Made by a program: the position numbers and the translations under genes
Shown here: one piece after another, positions 10,439 to 20,331 of the stretch
How positions within the stretch are numbered: position 1 is the stretch's first letter
Layout: each line of letters opens with the position of its first letter
Notes under the pieces: model-generated
Databases searched by the model: none
What the model was told of the DNA's origin: nothing
Seen by the model: only the letters and a program-made list of their open reading frames with translations
From: a virus
Taxonomy: Duplodnaviria > Caudoviricetes
Reading direction: 5' to 3' (one strand)
DNA length: 64,000 nucleotides
Virus record (IMG/VR): IMGVR_UViG_3300002835_000027
Location: 1-64,000 of that record

Positions 10439-10484
10439 TACTTTAGTATTATAGTATAATACCCCATTTACTATGGGGTATTAT
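10432..10484 (+). promoter_or_regulatory. Sigma70-like promoter overlapping a 12-bp hairpin that covers the RBS of the next gene
   Basis: TCGATA (10432-10437)-17-TATAAT (10455-10460); stem ATAATACCCCAT (10456-10467) / ATGGGGTATTAT (10473-10484); ATG at 10486. Confidence 0.55.
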
Positions 10485-10485
10485 C

Positions 10486-12060
10486 ATGCAAATTAAAAAA
10501 TCAGCGGTAAATGCAAGTAGTGGAATTATTAATATAACTGAACTCTTTGATATTAGTAAAGATTCATCGAAATATATAGTTTTAAATTTATATAATGATA
10601 TGAATTATTTTAATACGGTTAAATCTGGGGCTGAAATTATAGCTGGTTCTTCTACTATAAAACCCTCGTATTTTTATCCCGGAACTGAAAGTACTAGTGT
10701 TATTTTTACGTATAAAAATGGAATTTATACTAATAGTAAATACGGGAAATTAACCGATATTAAAATAGCTAACACCACAACCAATAATAACGTCGCAGTC
10801 GTCTCATTAAGCGCAGTAAATTATATAGATCCGACATTTACTTCATTAGTCGATATGCCTAGTGTTTATTTAAATGATATACGAGGAACTGAAGTAACTG
10901 CTTCTATCATCAATCAATCGAATGTAACTAATGCTAGTTCATTAATCGATATCGCTAAATCATTCGTCGGTAAAGTCTGGAGTATGGGTGGTTATTGGAC
11001 TTTATTAAATACTATCGCATCATTATACGGATCATCATTACCAATTAGTAGTATTGGATATACTACAACGCCGGAAAGTAACGATAAATGGATTTTAAAA
11101 TATAATGGTATTAAACCGGTTGGTGATTGGAAATCATTAATTAGCCCAGGTGATATTATTTTTATGAGTAATACTAATGATTATGGGGGTGGGGCTATTT
11201 GCGTTTCCGGTAAAGGGCCTAATGCTATGGTAATCGATAACGTTATTACTAAAAATAACATTATCGATAGTAATTATATTAAAATAGCAGAACCTCATTT
11301 ATTTAGTTCTGAGGATATCTATAATTCACCTAGTAATCGAGTGTTTATATATTCATATAATGGCAGTTTAACTAAAACACCAGTTATAACAAAAACCGTA
11401 GTTCAACCTAAAGTTGTAATGACCGATACACCAAATATTAATTATACCATACCGGGAAAAAATGGGGATATAACTGTATCACCAGTCCCAGATAAAGTAT
11501 TCGGTCCAGGCCAACATATTACATCATTAGGTCAAATGACTTTATTTTATCCGAGTAAAAACGGAATTATTATTTCTGGATATAAAGAAGATCAAGTTAC
11601 GGTATCCATTTCGAATTTACCTGATTGGGCTAAAGGAATTGGGTTAACTCCAATGAAAGATGGTGTTTATAAAATTGCAGTAACTGGGACTTTAAAAGAT
11701 TTATCAGTAACTGATTATATAAATTTAATAGTGGATACTAAGTTATTAGTCGATATTAAAGATATGTCATGGAAAGCAGGTTATCAGAGTACTTTAAGTA
11801 TAAATAAAGGATCTACGGATAAGTATTATGTGGTTTGTAATAACAAAGAAGATATATCTTGGATGAAAATAGACCAAGTTAAAGGCGAAATTAGCGGAGT
11901 CCCACCTTTGAGTGAATGGGGGGCTGATTTAAATTTAACGGTATATCAACAAGCAAATTATTATGCTCCACGATATAATGTGGATGATTTTACAATACAT
12001 ATTACAAATCCGATAAATCTAATAGGAGCTCCGACGGGCGGTTCATATTTTTCTTTTTGA
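10486..12060 (+). CDS. Protein with degenerate NlpC/P60-like domain and C-terminal He_PIG/cadherin-like Ig domains
   Basis: IDIAKSFVGKVW...ISPGDIIF pattern; SNLPDW and WMKIDQVKGEISGVP motifs typical of putative-Ig repeats. Confidence 0.5.
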   Translation: MQIKKSAVNASSGIINITELFDISKDSSKYIVLNLYNDMNYFNTVKSGAEIIAGSSTIKPSYFYPGTESTSVIFTYKNGIYTNSKYGKLTDIKIANTTTNNNVAVVSLSAVNYIDPTFTSLVDMPSVYLNDIRGTEVTASIINQSNVTNASSLIDIAKSFVGKVWSMGGYWTLLNTIASLYGSSLPISSIGYTTTPESNDKWILKYNGIKPVGDWKSLISPGDIIFMSNTNDYGGGAICVSGKGPNAMVIDNVITKNNIIDSNYIKIAEPHLFSSEDIYNSPSNRVFIYSYNGSLTKTPVITKTVVQPKVVMTDTPNINYTIPGKNGDITVSPVPDKVFGPGQHITSLGQMTLFYPSKNGIIISGYKEDQVTVSISNLPDWAKGIGLTPMKDGVYKIAVTGTLKDLSVTDYINLIVDTKLLVDIKDMSWKAGYQSTLSINKGSTDKYYVVCNNKEDISWMKIDQVKGEISGVPPLSEWGADLNLTVYQQANYYAPRYNVDDFTIHITNPINLIGAPTGGSYFSF

Positions 12061-12069
12061 GATTTTTAA

Positions 12070-13554
12070 ATGACCAGTTCTACATTATACGTAAACTTTT
12101 CGAATAACGCATTAGATAGAAAAGCAACAATTCCATTAGCACCAAATTCGGTTGATACGACATCAACATCATTGCGGTTACATGGTAGAGGTTCGCCTAA
12201 TTACGGATCTGACTTATGGACTAATATGATCAAAATTATGGAAAACTTCTGTTCTCCTGATGATCCAATTTATCCAACTGAAGGTCAATTATGGTATAAT
12301 GCCGGCACTAAACAATTAAGCATTTATACTCGCAATTCAGATAATGCTTATTTTTGGGATGCATTAGCGTACGATAATAAACCTATAACAATCCCACCGG
12401 ATTTAATAAAAGGGTTTATTAAAGATAATGGAACTATTCCGATGGTCGCCCCATTAATCTTAGAATTAGAAACTTACGATAAGAATGATTTACCGTTAAT
12501 TACGACGCAGACTCAATTAACGCATGCAACCTCTAGAAAATACGTCGATCGCAAAATTTCAAAATTAGAATCATCGATAATAACATTAGATAATTTAAAA
12601 GATAAATTATTGTTATTAACTGACCTCCCATTCTTATATAAAACATCCGGTAGTGCTGATGATCAGCGTACTATGAGTAATGTTCTGATATTGGTTGATG
12701 AATTTAATAGTAGTGGTAATTTATTAACGCCGACTAGTAGAGCTAATCGATTAAATGCATCATCTAGAGCTTATGTTGATTATCAAGTTAGTGAATTAAA
12801 AAATTATGTCGATAAAAAACCGGCCGCTGCAACGCCGAATAATACGGGTTTATCTGAAGCTGATTTAGCTGCAGCTTTAGCAAAATTAACTGGAGCTAAT
12901 AATCCATTTATTAAGAAACGAAGCTCTGCCGTAGTTGATCGAACAATGATCGACCAATTAATTTTACCGACATATAGTTTACCGTTAAGTAGTAAAGATA
13001 ATGAATTAGAAGCAGCATCTCGCAAATACGTAGACGATTCAATTGCTTCAAAAACTACAGCTGCTACGAAAGCACCAAATGTTAGTCAGTGGTATATAGA
13101 ATATCCAAATGGAATGGTTACTATCTACGGAGAATTAACCGAAGCTGATTCTACCACATTTATAGAAAATTCATGGGGAGCAAAATCCGGTCTTCCTGCA
13201 TTGGGTATGAAACGATATTTTAGAAAATGGAATATATCATTACCATTCGATCTACACCCGAATTATATTATTAAATCCGATGTAATTACTAATACCTCCC
13301 CCGAAATTAACAAGTATGCAAAACAAACTTATGACCCATTACAAGGCGATTGGGGTAGTGGGTATAAAGTTACCAATCACGGCGTAGGGGATCAGTGGCA
13401 AGTGGATGGTGTAGTTCAACCAACTAATATGACAAAAAATTCATTATCACTTCGATTCGTTTATAAAACGTATGTTAAAATAGTCGACGCGGTTACGACA
13501 GAAACAATTATTCAATACCCAGTTACTTACACAATCACCGGAATTAAAGCATAA
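12070..13554 (+). CDS. Tail fibre paralogue 1
   Basis: Shared N-terminus TSL.L.GRG..NYG..LWTN...IMENFC....P..P.EGQLWY; three A(T/S)SR(K/A)YVD shaft motifs. Confidence 0.75.
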   Translation: MTSSTLYVNFSNNALDRKATIPLAPNSVDTTSTSLRLHGRGSPNYGSDLWTNMIKIMENFCSPDDPIYPTEGQLWYNAGTKQLSIYTRNSDNAYFWDALAYDNKPITIPPDLIKGFIKDNGTIPMVAPLILELETYDKNDLPLITTQTQLTHATSRKYVDRKISKLESSIITLDNLKDKLLLLTDLPFLYKTSGSADDQRTMSNVLILVDEFNSSGNLLTPTSRANRLNASSRAYVDYQVSELKNYVDKKPAAATPNNTGLSEADLAAALAKLTGANNPFIKKRSSAVVDRTMIDQLILPTYSLPLSSKDNELEAASRKYVDDSIASKTTAATKAPNVSQWYIEYPNGMVTIYGELTEADSTTFIENSWGAKSGLPALGMKRYFRKWNISLPFDLHPNYIIKSDVITNTSPEINKYAKQTYDPLQGDWGSGYKVTNHGVGDQWQVDGVVQPTNMTKNSLSLRFVYKTYVKIVDAVTTETIIQYPVTYTITGIKA

Positions 13555-13567
13555 AGGATATTAACGA

Positions 13568-15235
13568 ATGGCAACAGATCATTTATATACCGTTACTTAT
13601 AGTGACACAAATACAGGTAAATCGCCGTTTACTATACGCTACGGTGAGTTTAATAACGAAAATACATCTCTTACTCTATATGGATATGGTGCTAAAGATT
13701 ATGGTTTGGGTTTAACTGAAAACTTTGTTAAATTATTAGAAAATTTTTGTTCTTATCAAGATCCATCGCATGCAACTGAAGGCCAGTTGTGGTATAACCC
13801 GAGAAATAAACAATTATCATTATACGTTAAAAAAACAAAACCAGATGGTTCGGCTAATGGTTATAAATGGACTGCTATAACACCAGTTATTGGATTTGAT
13901 GGTAATATACAAGCAGTTGATCCAAACGATGCTGCTGCTAATGTTACTAATGCAGTTTTTACTAATACATTAAAAGATTATTTGCATAAATCGGGTAGGT
14001 TTAACGATTCGGCTGGTAATTCACAGCCATTCACTATGACCGGTAATCTTATATTATTAGATGATTCAACTTGGTATAATCAAGATGGTTCTATATCAAC
14101 AACCAATACTGATCCAAATCTTGGTTTATATGCCACTCCAAAAAAATACGTCGATCTTAAAGTAAAAACTGAAATTGATAATCAATTAAAACTTGTTGAT
14201 TTATCACAAACTCAATCTGCAATATTAGCGGCGTTGAAAAATATGACGGAGTTACCTTTTATCTTTAATGATAATAAAGATCCGTCAAAAAGAACAATGA
14301 AAAAAGGTAATGAATTGTTTTTAAGAGACCAATCGGATCTTAAATCAGTTTCGGATAATGAAGCAGTCTCGAAATCATACGTCGTTGCAGCTATATCATC
14401 TGCAAATTCAAATCCATTAGATAAATTATCATCGACTCAAAAAACACTAGATGCATTAATCGAATTAGCTAAAGGTGATACCGCTCCATTTATTAAAAAA
14501 TCGGGCGATAAAATGAATACCGATGCGGTTTTGCAACTGAGAGATCAGAAAGGTAAAACTTTAGTCGCAAATGAAGCTATTACTCATGAATATCTAGAAG
14601 AGCGTTTAGCTGGAGCTATCGCACCACCAACGGTTTCAGGAACTGGACTTAGTAGTGTTTCTTATACGAAAATGGAAGACGGAACGTTAATGGTTTACGG
14701 AACCGTTCGAAATTTTGATTATGGTAGTTATGACGATAAAATTACTGAAATTATGACTTGTGAGCCTGTTTCTTGGGCTAATATATCAGGATGTCCCCCA
14801 TTTATCAATAACGATTTCGCGGTTCAATTAACAGATAATAATCAAGATTTTTCAGTTGCTGGAGTTTTATATAAATCGGCATTTTGGCGTTTCCGTGGTG
14901 GTTGTTGGGGCGGAAATACGAAATATTTAGGTTACCCGAATTGGAATGGTGCTTGGTATAATTCGAGAACAACCTCCGGATCTAAAGATCTTAGTAATGT
15001 TTGGTCCTCAGCACAAAGAGCGGCAGTATCAAAACATGCTCACGATGCAACTAACGGTAATGGTAACGGCAAAACAATGAATCCATCATTCTACGTATTC
15101 CCAATAGTTTATCAATCCCACGCTAAAACAACAACTAGTTTCCATATCGGTGGATGGAGTTATCGCCCATTAGCGTGGGATTATGTTCGCAATATGGTTT
15201 CTTGTAATTTTACCGCGATTGGGCGCTGGAAATAA
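13568..15235 (+). CDS. Tail fibre paralogue 2
   Basis: Same N-terminal module; ATPKKYVD, AVSKSYV; gp53/H-lectin-like tip YTKMEDGTLMVYG...FTAIGRWK. Confidence 0.75.
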   Translation: MATDHLYTVTYSDTNTGKSPFTIRYGEFNNENTSLTLYGYGAKDYGLGLTENFVKLLENFCSYQDPSHATEGQLWYNPRNKQLSLYVKKTKPDGSANGYKWTAITPVIGFDGNIQAVDPNDAAANVTNAVFTNTLKDYLHKSGRFNDSAGNSQPFTMTGNLILLDDSTWYNQDGSISTTNTDPNLGLYATPKKYVDLKVKTEIDNQLKLVDLSQTQSAILAALKNMTELPFIFNDNKDPSKRTMKKGNELFLRDQSDLKSVSDNEAVSKSYVVAAISSANSNPLDKLSSTQKTLDALIELAKGDTAPFIKKSGDKMNTDAVLQLRDQKGKTLVANEAITHEYLEERLAGAIAPPTVSGTGLSSVSYTKMEDGTLMVYGTVRNFDYGSYDDKITEIMTCEPVSWANISGCPPFINNDFAVQLTDNNQDFSVAGVLYKSAFWRFRGGCWGGNTKYLGYPNWNGAWYNSRTTSGSKDLSNVWSSAQRAAVSKHAHDATNGNGNGKTMNPSFYVFPIVYQSHAKTTTSFHIGGWSYRPLAWDYVRNMVSCNFTAIGRWK

Positions 15236-15930
15236 TGAATTATACAATTAATTTTTCAGATCCAAGTAAAGCAGATAGTATTACTGTAAGTAGTAATACT
15301 ATCGATACATCAACCCCTCTGCAATTAATTGGATACGAAACTACTGAGTATGGCGACGAATATTGGACTAATATTTTACGCATAATGGAACATTTTAGTT
15401 CCAAAACAGCACCTAGTAATGCATTGATAGGACAGATGTGGTATCGATCATCTGATAGTTCCGTTTTAATTTACCAAGCACCAAATGAATGGATTGATTT
15501 ATCGAATGATAATATTATAGATACCACAAATTATATTTCTACCTATACATCAAATACAGTAACTAATTTAAAATTAGCTGATGATGAATCGGGTGATACT
15601 GTTTATTCCGGCGAAACTAAAAATAGTAATCATGCGGCAACGAAACAATTTGCAGATAATTATAAATCATGTGGTATTAAAAACGTTACATTTAGTGATT
15701 CCGATATAACTTACTCTTATACACTATATCCAAATAAGTTCGTTGTTATGAATGGAGTTAATACTAGTTCAGGTTATAAAGTAATGTTACCATTTACTAT
15801 GAAAGATAATGATTATGCAGTAGTCTGTACCAATACTGATAAAACTATGCATTATTCAATTACTAATAAAGCGCCCGATACCTTCACCCCAAATGGAAAT
15901 AATTGGTTATTAGTAGGATATACATTATGA
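15235..15930 (+). CDS. Short tail fibre paralogue 3
   Basis: Same N-terminal module; AATKQFAD; tip LPFTMKDNDYAV. Confidence 0.72.
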   Translation: MNYTINFSDPSKADSITVSSNTIDTSTPLQLIGYETTEYGDEYWTNILRIMEHFSSKTAPSNALIGQMWYRSSDSSVLIYQAPNEWIDLSNDNIIDTTNYISTYTSNTVTNLKLADDESGDTVYSGETKNSNHAATKQFADNYKSCGIKNVTFSDSDITYSYTLYPNKFVVMNGVNTSSGYKVMLPFTMKDNDYAVVCTNTDKTMHYSITNKAPDTFTPNGNNWLLVGYTL

Positions 15931-16574
15931 ATTATACAGTAACTCATGCAAATGGCGATAATTTAATAGTCTACGCCAATTCATTAAATGATGCAACTTC
16001 GATTACCATGATCGGTCAAGGTTATACCGATTATGGTCAAATATTTTGGGGTAATTTCGTTCATATTTTAGAAAATTTTAGTAGTCCGCATGCACCACCT
16101 AGACCAATAACTGGCCAAATATGGTATGATAATTATAATAAATTAGTTAAAGTTTATAATGGAACTAATTGGGATGCAATTAACGGCCCAGCTACGGATA
16201 TGTCTAGTTATTCGACTATTAATAACTCGCAAATGACTGGTCCATTAGAGTTAACCGTAATACCGACAACTGATAATTCGGTCGTAACTAGAGAATATAT
16301 TGAATTAAAAAAATTCACGTTTAAAGAAGAAACTAATGATTATGTTTTATTCGATAATAATTATGTGATTATAAACTTAATGATTTATCCGAATAATCGA
16401 GTCGTTACATTACCTAAAGTTATGGCAGATACTAATTATTCAGTATTGGTTACTTTACACGGCGAAGGTGGTATTCATACAAATACTCATAGTAAAACAA
16501 CGACTGGTTTTACAGTAGCTAGTAATTCGACTACTGGTACTATATCTTGCATAGTAATGGGATTCGCAAAATGA
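15927..16574 (+). CDS. Short tail fibre paralogue 4
   Basis: Start moved to ATG 15927 (ATGA overlap, AGGA RBS); same N-terminal module; tip LPKVMADTNYSV. Confidence 0.72.
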   Translation: MNYTVTHANGDNLIVYANSLNDATSITMIGQGYTDYGQIFWGNFVHILENFSSPHAPPRPITGQIWYDNYNKLVKVYNGTNWDAINGPATDMSSYSTINNSQMTGPLELTVIPTTDNSVVTREYIELKKFTFKEETNDYVLFDNNYVIINLMIYPNNRVVTLPKVMADTNYSVLVTLHGEGGIHTNTHSKTTTGFTVASNSTTGTISCIVMGFAK

Positions 16575-17311
16575 CATTAAAAATTGAATTTGCTAACAGA
16601 TCAAAAGCACCAATTTACGTAAAAGATTATGAATATAATAATTTAACATCAATCAATTTAGTTGGAAGATACGTAGAAAATTACGGTGAAATAGTTTGGA
16701 CTGACGTCTTACGCATATTAGAAAATTGGGCTAATGAAGTTCCGCCATTAAGACCAACCGAAGGTCAATTTTGGTATGATACTTCAAATAAACAATTAAA
16801 AGTAAATATCTCTAGACAATTAGGTCAGGGTGATTGGGTTAATGTCGGAACTAAAGAACAAACGGTACCAACCGGAGTTTTAAAATTAAGTGGCGGCCTA
16901 TTAAATAATGAATTGTTTATTACTAATGATATAGTAGCAGAAAATGACCCGGCTACGAAATCGTATGTAGATGCGAACTGTGTAGTTAAATTAAAATCAG
17001 ATAATTCAAAATATCAATATAATATATTAAGTTTTTGTAATTATGCAACCATTAATGGTAATATACCACAAAGTAAGTTATCAACTGGTGCATACAAAGT
17101 TACATTACCTATTGTTATGAAAGATGATAATTATTCGGTAATATTATCTCCATCGACAACAACACCAAATGGTTTAATTCCAACTAATGCACCATTAGGT
17201 CATCATTTTTTTATAAGTAATAAAACAATTAATGAATTTACTATTGGTGTAGATACTTCTTTACCAGTAAATTGCGAAATTGATTTTACAGTTATTGGTT
17301 ATGCGGCTTAG
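16571..17311 (+). CDS. Short tail fibre paralogue 5
   Basis: Start moved to ATG 16571 (ATGA overlap); same N-terminal module; PATKSYVD; tip LPIVMKDDNYSV. Confidence 0.72.
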   Translation: MTLKIEFANRSKAPIYVKDYEYNNLTSINLVGRYVENYGEIVWTDVLRILENWANEVPPLRPTEGQFWYDTSNKQLKVNISRQLGQGDWVNVGTKEQTVPTGVLKLSGGLLNNELFITNDIVAENDPATKSYVDANCVVKLKSDNSKYQYNILSFCNYATINGNIPQSKLSTGAYKVTLPIVMKDDNYSVILSPSTTTPNGLIPTNAPLGHHFFISNKTINEFTIGVDTSLPVNCEIDFTVIGYAA

Positions 17312-17372
17312 GATTTGGATTATCTAGACCATGATAAATATTTGATATTTTATTTTTAAGTGAATTCGACAT

Positions 17373-18854
17373 ATGGCATATACAATAAAATTTACTGATC
17401 ACGCATCTGACGTAGGTAAAACTTCATTTACTATCGATCCTAATACTACGGATGGTCCTGGCGGCGATACTACCCATACCTCATTAACACTGTATGGAAG
17501 AGGTTATTCTAATTACGGTGAAGGATTATGGACTAATTTGGTTCATATGCTCGAACATTTCTGCGGTCCAGATAAACCACCCCAACCGACCGTCGGTCAA
17601 ATATGGTATGATAGTGCAGCAGACGTATTACATGTTTATAAAAATTTTATCGATGATACTTCGCACAATGAGACTAAAGATTGGGTTGCATTATGTGATA
17701 CTAAAAGTATTAAAAATAGTTTATCACTTTATTTAAAAACTGGCGATTTATTAACTGAATTAGGCAATATCAGCACCCCAGATAAATTATTCGGCGTTAA
17801 TGATTTTACCCGCGGATTACATTTATTTTTAGATGGTGGATATTTACCAATAACGGGCGGCACATTAACCGGTAACTTAATTTTACCAGTAGATGAAACC
17901 TTAGATGATTATCAAGCGATTTATTATAAATTCTTAAAAGATAATTATTTAACTAAAGCTGATTTTGATGATGCATTATCTCGTTTATTGATGCCACCAG
18001 CTACTGCATTAAATATTGGGTTTGAAGGTAGTTTATTCGGTACTGGTTTAGACGTAGTTAAAAACACTGAATTGCTTGGTTATGATGTCGAGGAATGGGG
18101 TATCGGTATTGATATGACGAACCCAGCTGCACCTCCTGCATCGACGGGTGGTGGTTTAGGTAGTAATATTAATAACAACAGTACGGATCCAGCTAGTTCA
18201 ATTTATTTGCAATTGAAAGTTCCGTCCGATGCTAAACGATCTACATTAACTGGTGGATTAAAATTAGATGGTTCACTTACATTATTGAATAATAGTACTA
18301 TTCAATTAGTAGAAGATGGTTCGAATATTGATGATCCATTAACTAGTTTAGTTAATGGTGCTAATACCATCGACCCAGCTAAAGCATATCAAGCAGCTAC
18401 TAAAAAATATGTTTATGATAGAACGACCCCAAATTACGTAGCTGGAAAACTTAAAGGTAATGTATTCTTCGTAGATGCAGTTCAAACCGCTATAGCAAGT
18501 TCATTACAAACCATAACTGATTCGATAGCTACATTGAGAAATTCATTAGCTGGTATGATTGGTGTAGGTCAAACTTGGCAAGATATGAAGGCATCGAGAG
18601 TATCAGGAACTACATATACTAATAATACTGGAAAACCGATACAAATAATAGTTACTCTTGCTGATACTATGGGTAGGTCGACTGTTGAAGTAATAGTTGG
18701 TGGTCTTGTTATTATCCCGGCAGTAGATTATGATATCGCTTCTGGATCAGCAACTTTTTGCGTCCAGATTATAATTCCAAATAATACGGATTATAAAATA
18801 ACTCATACTGGCTCTAGTGCCGGTTCAATCCATTCGTGGTTCGAATTAAGATAA
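17373..18854 (+). CDS. Tail fibre paralogue 6 with a different tip domain
   Basis: Same N-terminal module; YLPITGGTLTGNL, AATKKYV; tip IGVGQTWQD...GTTYTNNTGKPI...WFELR common in phage fibres; ATAAATA at 17334-17340. Confidence 0.78.
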   Translation: MAYTIKFTDHASDVGKTSFTIDPNTTDGPGGDTTHTSLTLYGRGYSNYGEGLWTNLVHMLEHFCGPDKPPQPTVGQIWYDSAADVLHVYKNFIDDTSHNETKDWVALCDTKSIKNSLSLYLKTGDLLTELGNISTPDKLFGVNDFTRGLHLFLDGGYLPITGGTLTGNLILPVDETLDDYQAIYYKFLKDNYLTKADFDDALSRLLMPPATALNIGFEGSLFGTGLDVVKNTELLGYDVEEWGIGIDMTNPAAPPASTGGGLGSNINNNSTDPASSIYLQLKVPSDAKRSTLTGGLKLDGSLTLLNNSTIQLVEDGSNIDDPLTSLVNGANTIDPAKAYQAATKKYVYDRTTPNYVAGKLKGNVFFVDAVQTAIASSLQTITDSIATLRNSLAGMIGVGQTWQDMKASRVSGTTYTNNTGKPIQIIVTLADTMGRSTVEVIVGGLVIIPAVDYDIASGSATFCVQIIIPNNTDYKITHTGSSAGSIHSWFELR

Positions 18855-18864
18855 TATAAAATTA

Positions 18865-18900
18865 TATAATACATCATTATAATTATAATGATGTATTATA
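18865..18900. terminator. Perfect 36-bp palindrome between convergent genes; probable bidirectional terminator
   Basis: TATAATACATCATTATAATTATAATGATGTATTATA equals its own reverse complement. Confidence 0.65.
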
Positions 18901-18908
18901 ATTACATT

Positions 18909-19373
18909 TTAAACGTATCGAACTGTTTTATATCGTTTTATAATATCTTTAACTAATTCAGCAAATTCCGGATATACTGGATGTATTTGTCTAATACTTT
19001 CGTATGTAGTCCAAGCATTATATAACGCATTACCATCTATCGGCGATATACGGACGCTTAATTTGCGCATAATCGAATCCGCCGCTTGAAATTCGGATTT
19101 TAATACAAGTTCATAAAACTGATCAACCATATCGCCTAAATAAACGACTGGCGGTAATGATTGTTCGACTTCTGCTTCTGCATAATTAATAATCGGAAAA
19201 GTTCCATCAACTGTACCACACCATATACAATACGATATACTAAAAATAGAACCATCGTATTTAAATCCTAATATATCAGCTGGTGCTTTAGGCCAAGCTC
19301 CCCGAACTTCAATATTATCATCACATTTTGTAAAAACAGTAATTAATTGATTTTGACATTTTTTACAAGTCAT
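18909..19373 (-). CDS. Hypothetical protein with N-terminal zinc-ribbon-like cysteines
   Basis: CKKC...C...CIWC; GGAG RBS. Confidence 0.65.
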   Translation of the reverse strand: MTCKKCQNQLITVFTKCDDNIEVRGAWPKAPADILGFKYDGSIFSISYCIWCGTVDGTFPIINYAEAEVEQSLPPVVYLGDMVDQFYELVLKSEFQAADSIMRKLSVRISPIDGNALYNAWTTYESIRQIHPVYPEFAELVKDIIKRYKTVRYV

Positions 19374-19386
19374 ATAATCTCCATAA

Positions 19387-19410
19387 AAATGCCCTCATAT
19401 GAGGGCATTT
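19387..19410 (-). terminator. Intrinsic terminator after the queC-gat-traR unit
   Basis: Perfect palindrome AAATGCCCTCATATGAGGGCATTT ending in a T run on the minus strand. Confidence 0.7.
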
Positions 19411-19413
19411 ATT

Positions 19414-19677
19414 TTATAAGTAAATCCGTTCTTGCCAATCATGATCGGATTGGCAATCAACACATAAATCACAATTTTTATGTATCGATAGAACTATTCG
19501 CTGTCTCGCTAGTGGAATTATATCACCACAGCTGTCACATTCTTTATTTGGGTCTAATCGTAATTCGATATTACCTTTCGGTGATCGATTACCTAATATT
19601 TTTTGAATCGCAAAATTACGTTCGGCTTCTTCCACTGCCGATGCAATATCGCATTCATCCATTACCTCATTATTCAT
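19414..19677 (-). CDS. TraR/DksA-family C4 zinc-finger transcription factor
   Basis: N-terminal DECDIA (DxxDxA), C..CGDIIPLARQ...C..CVDCQ. Confidence 0.88.
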   Translation of the reverse strand: MNNEVMDECDIASAVEEAERNFAIQKILGNRSPKGNIELRLDPNKECDSCGDIIPLARQRIVLSIHKNCDLCVDCQSDHDWQERIYL

Positions 19678-19688
19678 ATTAATTCCTT

Positions 19689-20303
19689 TTAAAAATAATA
19701 TGGGTTATGCGTATTATTAAATGAATCCACTCTAAAATAATGTATCTCCCTTAATTGATATATTACGTTATTATCTATCATCTCCGAATCATCGAATTTA
19801 GTAGAGCTGATATTGCAGTATATATCCTGATATAATGGAGATATTGCATTTCTAAACATATACAATTTATTATTTTTAATGCATACGCAAGCAAATGATC
19901 CTTCGATATCGGATAATTTATTAAAATCTTCTGATATGTATTCGCCTAATAATTGCGTATCCCATTGATGTTTACTATTTATAATCTCATTTATTCGTTG
20001 TACTTCTTGTGTTTTAATAATACCATTATGCAGTAATTTAATGGTATTATTTACATATGGATGTATGCGATCGAATGATTTTACTAACCCACCAGTAGGT
20101 GCTTGACAATGTCCTAAGATATAATCATCAGTTTGAACATTATCTAATAATTTAAGATTAAAATCCCCGAATCCCTTAAAAGTTAAAGTAGTTCCTTCTG
20201 GCCGATATAAAGTTAACGAATGACTAAAAGCTCCCCGATATCGATTTAACTCTAATAACTCAATGAATTTATCTTTATTGTAACTACCGATAATACTACA
20301 CAT
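19689..20303 (-). CDS. Class II (Ntn) glutamine amidotransferase
   Basis: N-terminal MC nucleophile, RG, GHCQAPT, HPY, HNGII, WDT, GSFA, RN..SPL. Confidence 0.88.
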   Translation of the reverse strand: MCSIIGSYNKDKFIELLELNRYRGAFSHSLTLYRPEGTTLTFKGFGDFNLKLLDNVQTDDYILGHCQAPTGGLVKSFDRIHPYVNNTIKLLHNGIIKTQEVQRINEIINSKHQWDTQLLGEYISEDFNKLSDIEGSFACVCIKNNKLYMFRNAISPLYQDIYCNISSTKFDDSEMIDNNVIYQLREIHYFRVDSFNNTHNPYYF

Positions 20304-20331
20304 AATTATACCTTAGGCTGAATTAATTAAA

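Noticed and set aside
12070-18854. Diversity-generating retroelement or invertible fibre cassette
   Set aside because: No reverse transcriptase, invertase, template/variable repeat pair or inverted tip copies were seen; similarity is at protein level only.
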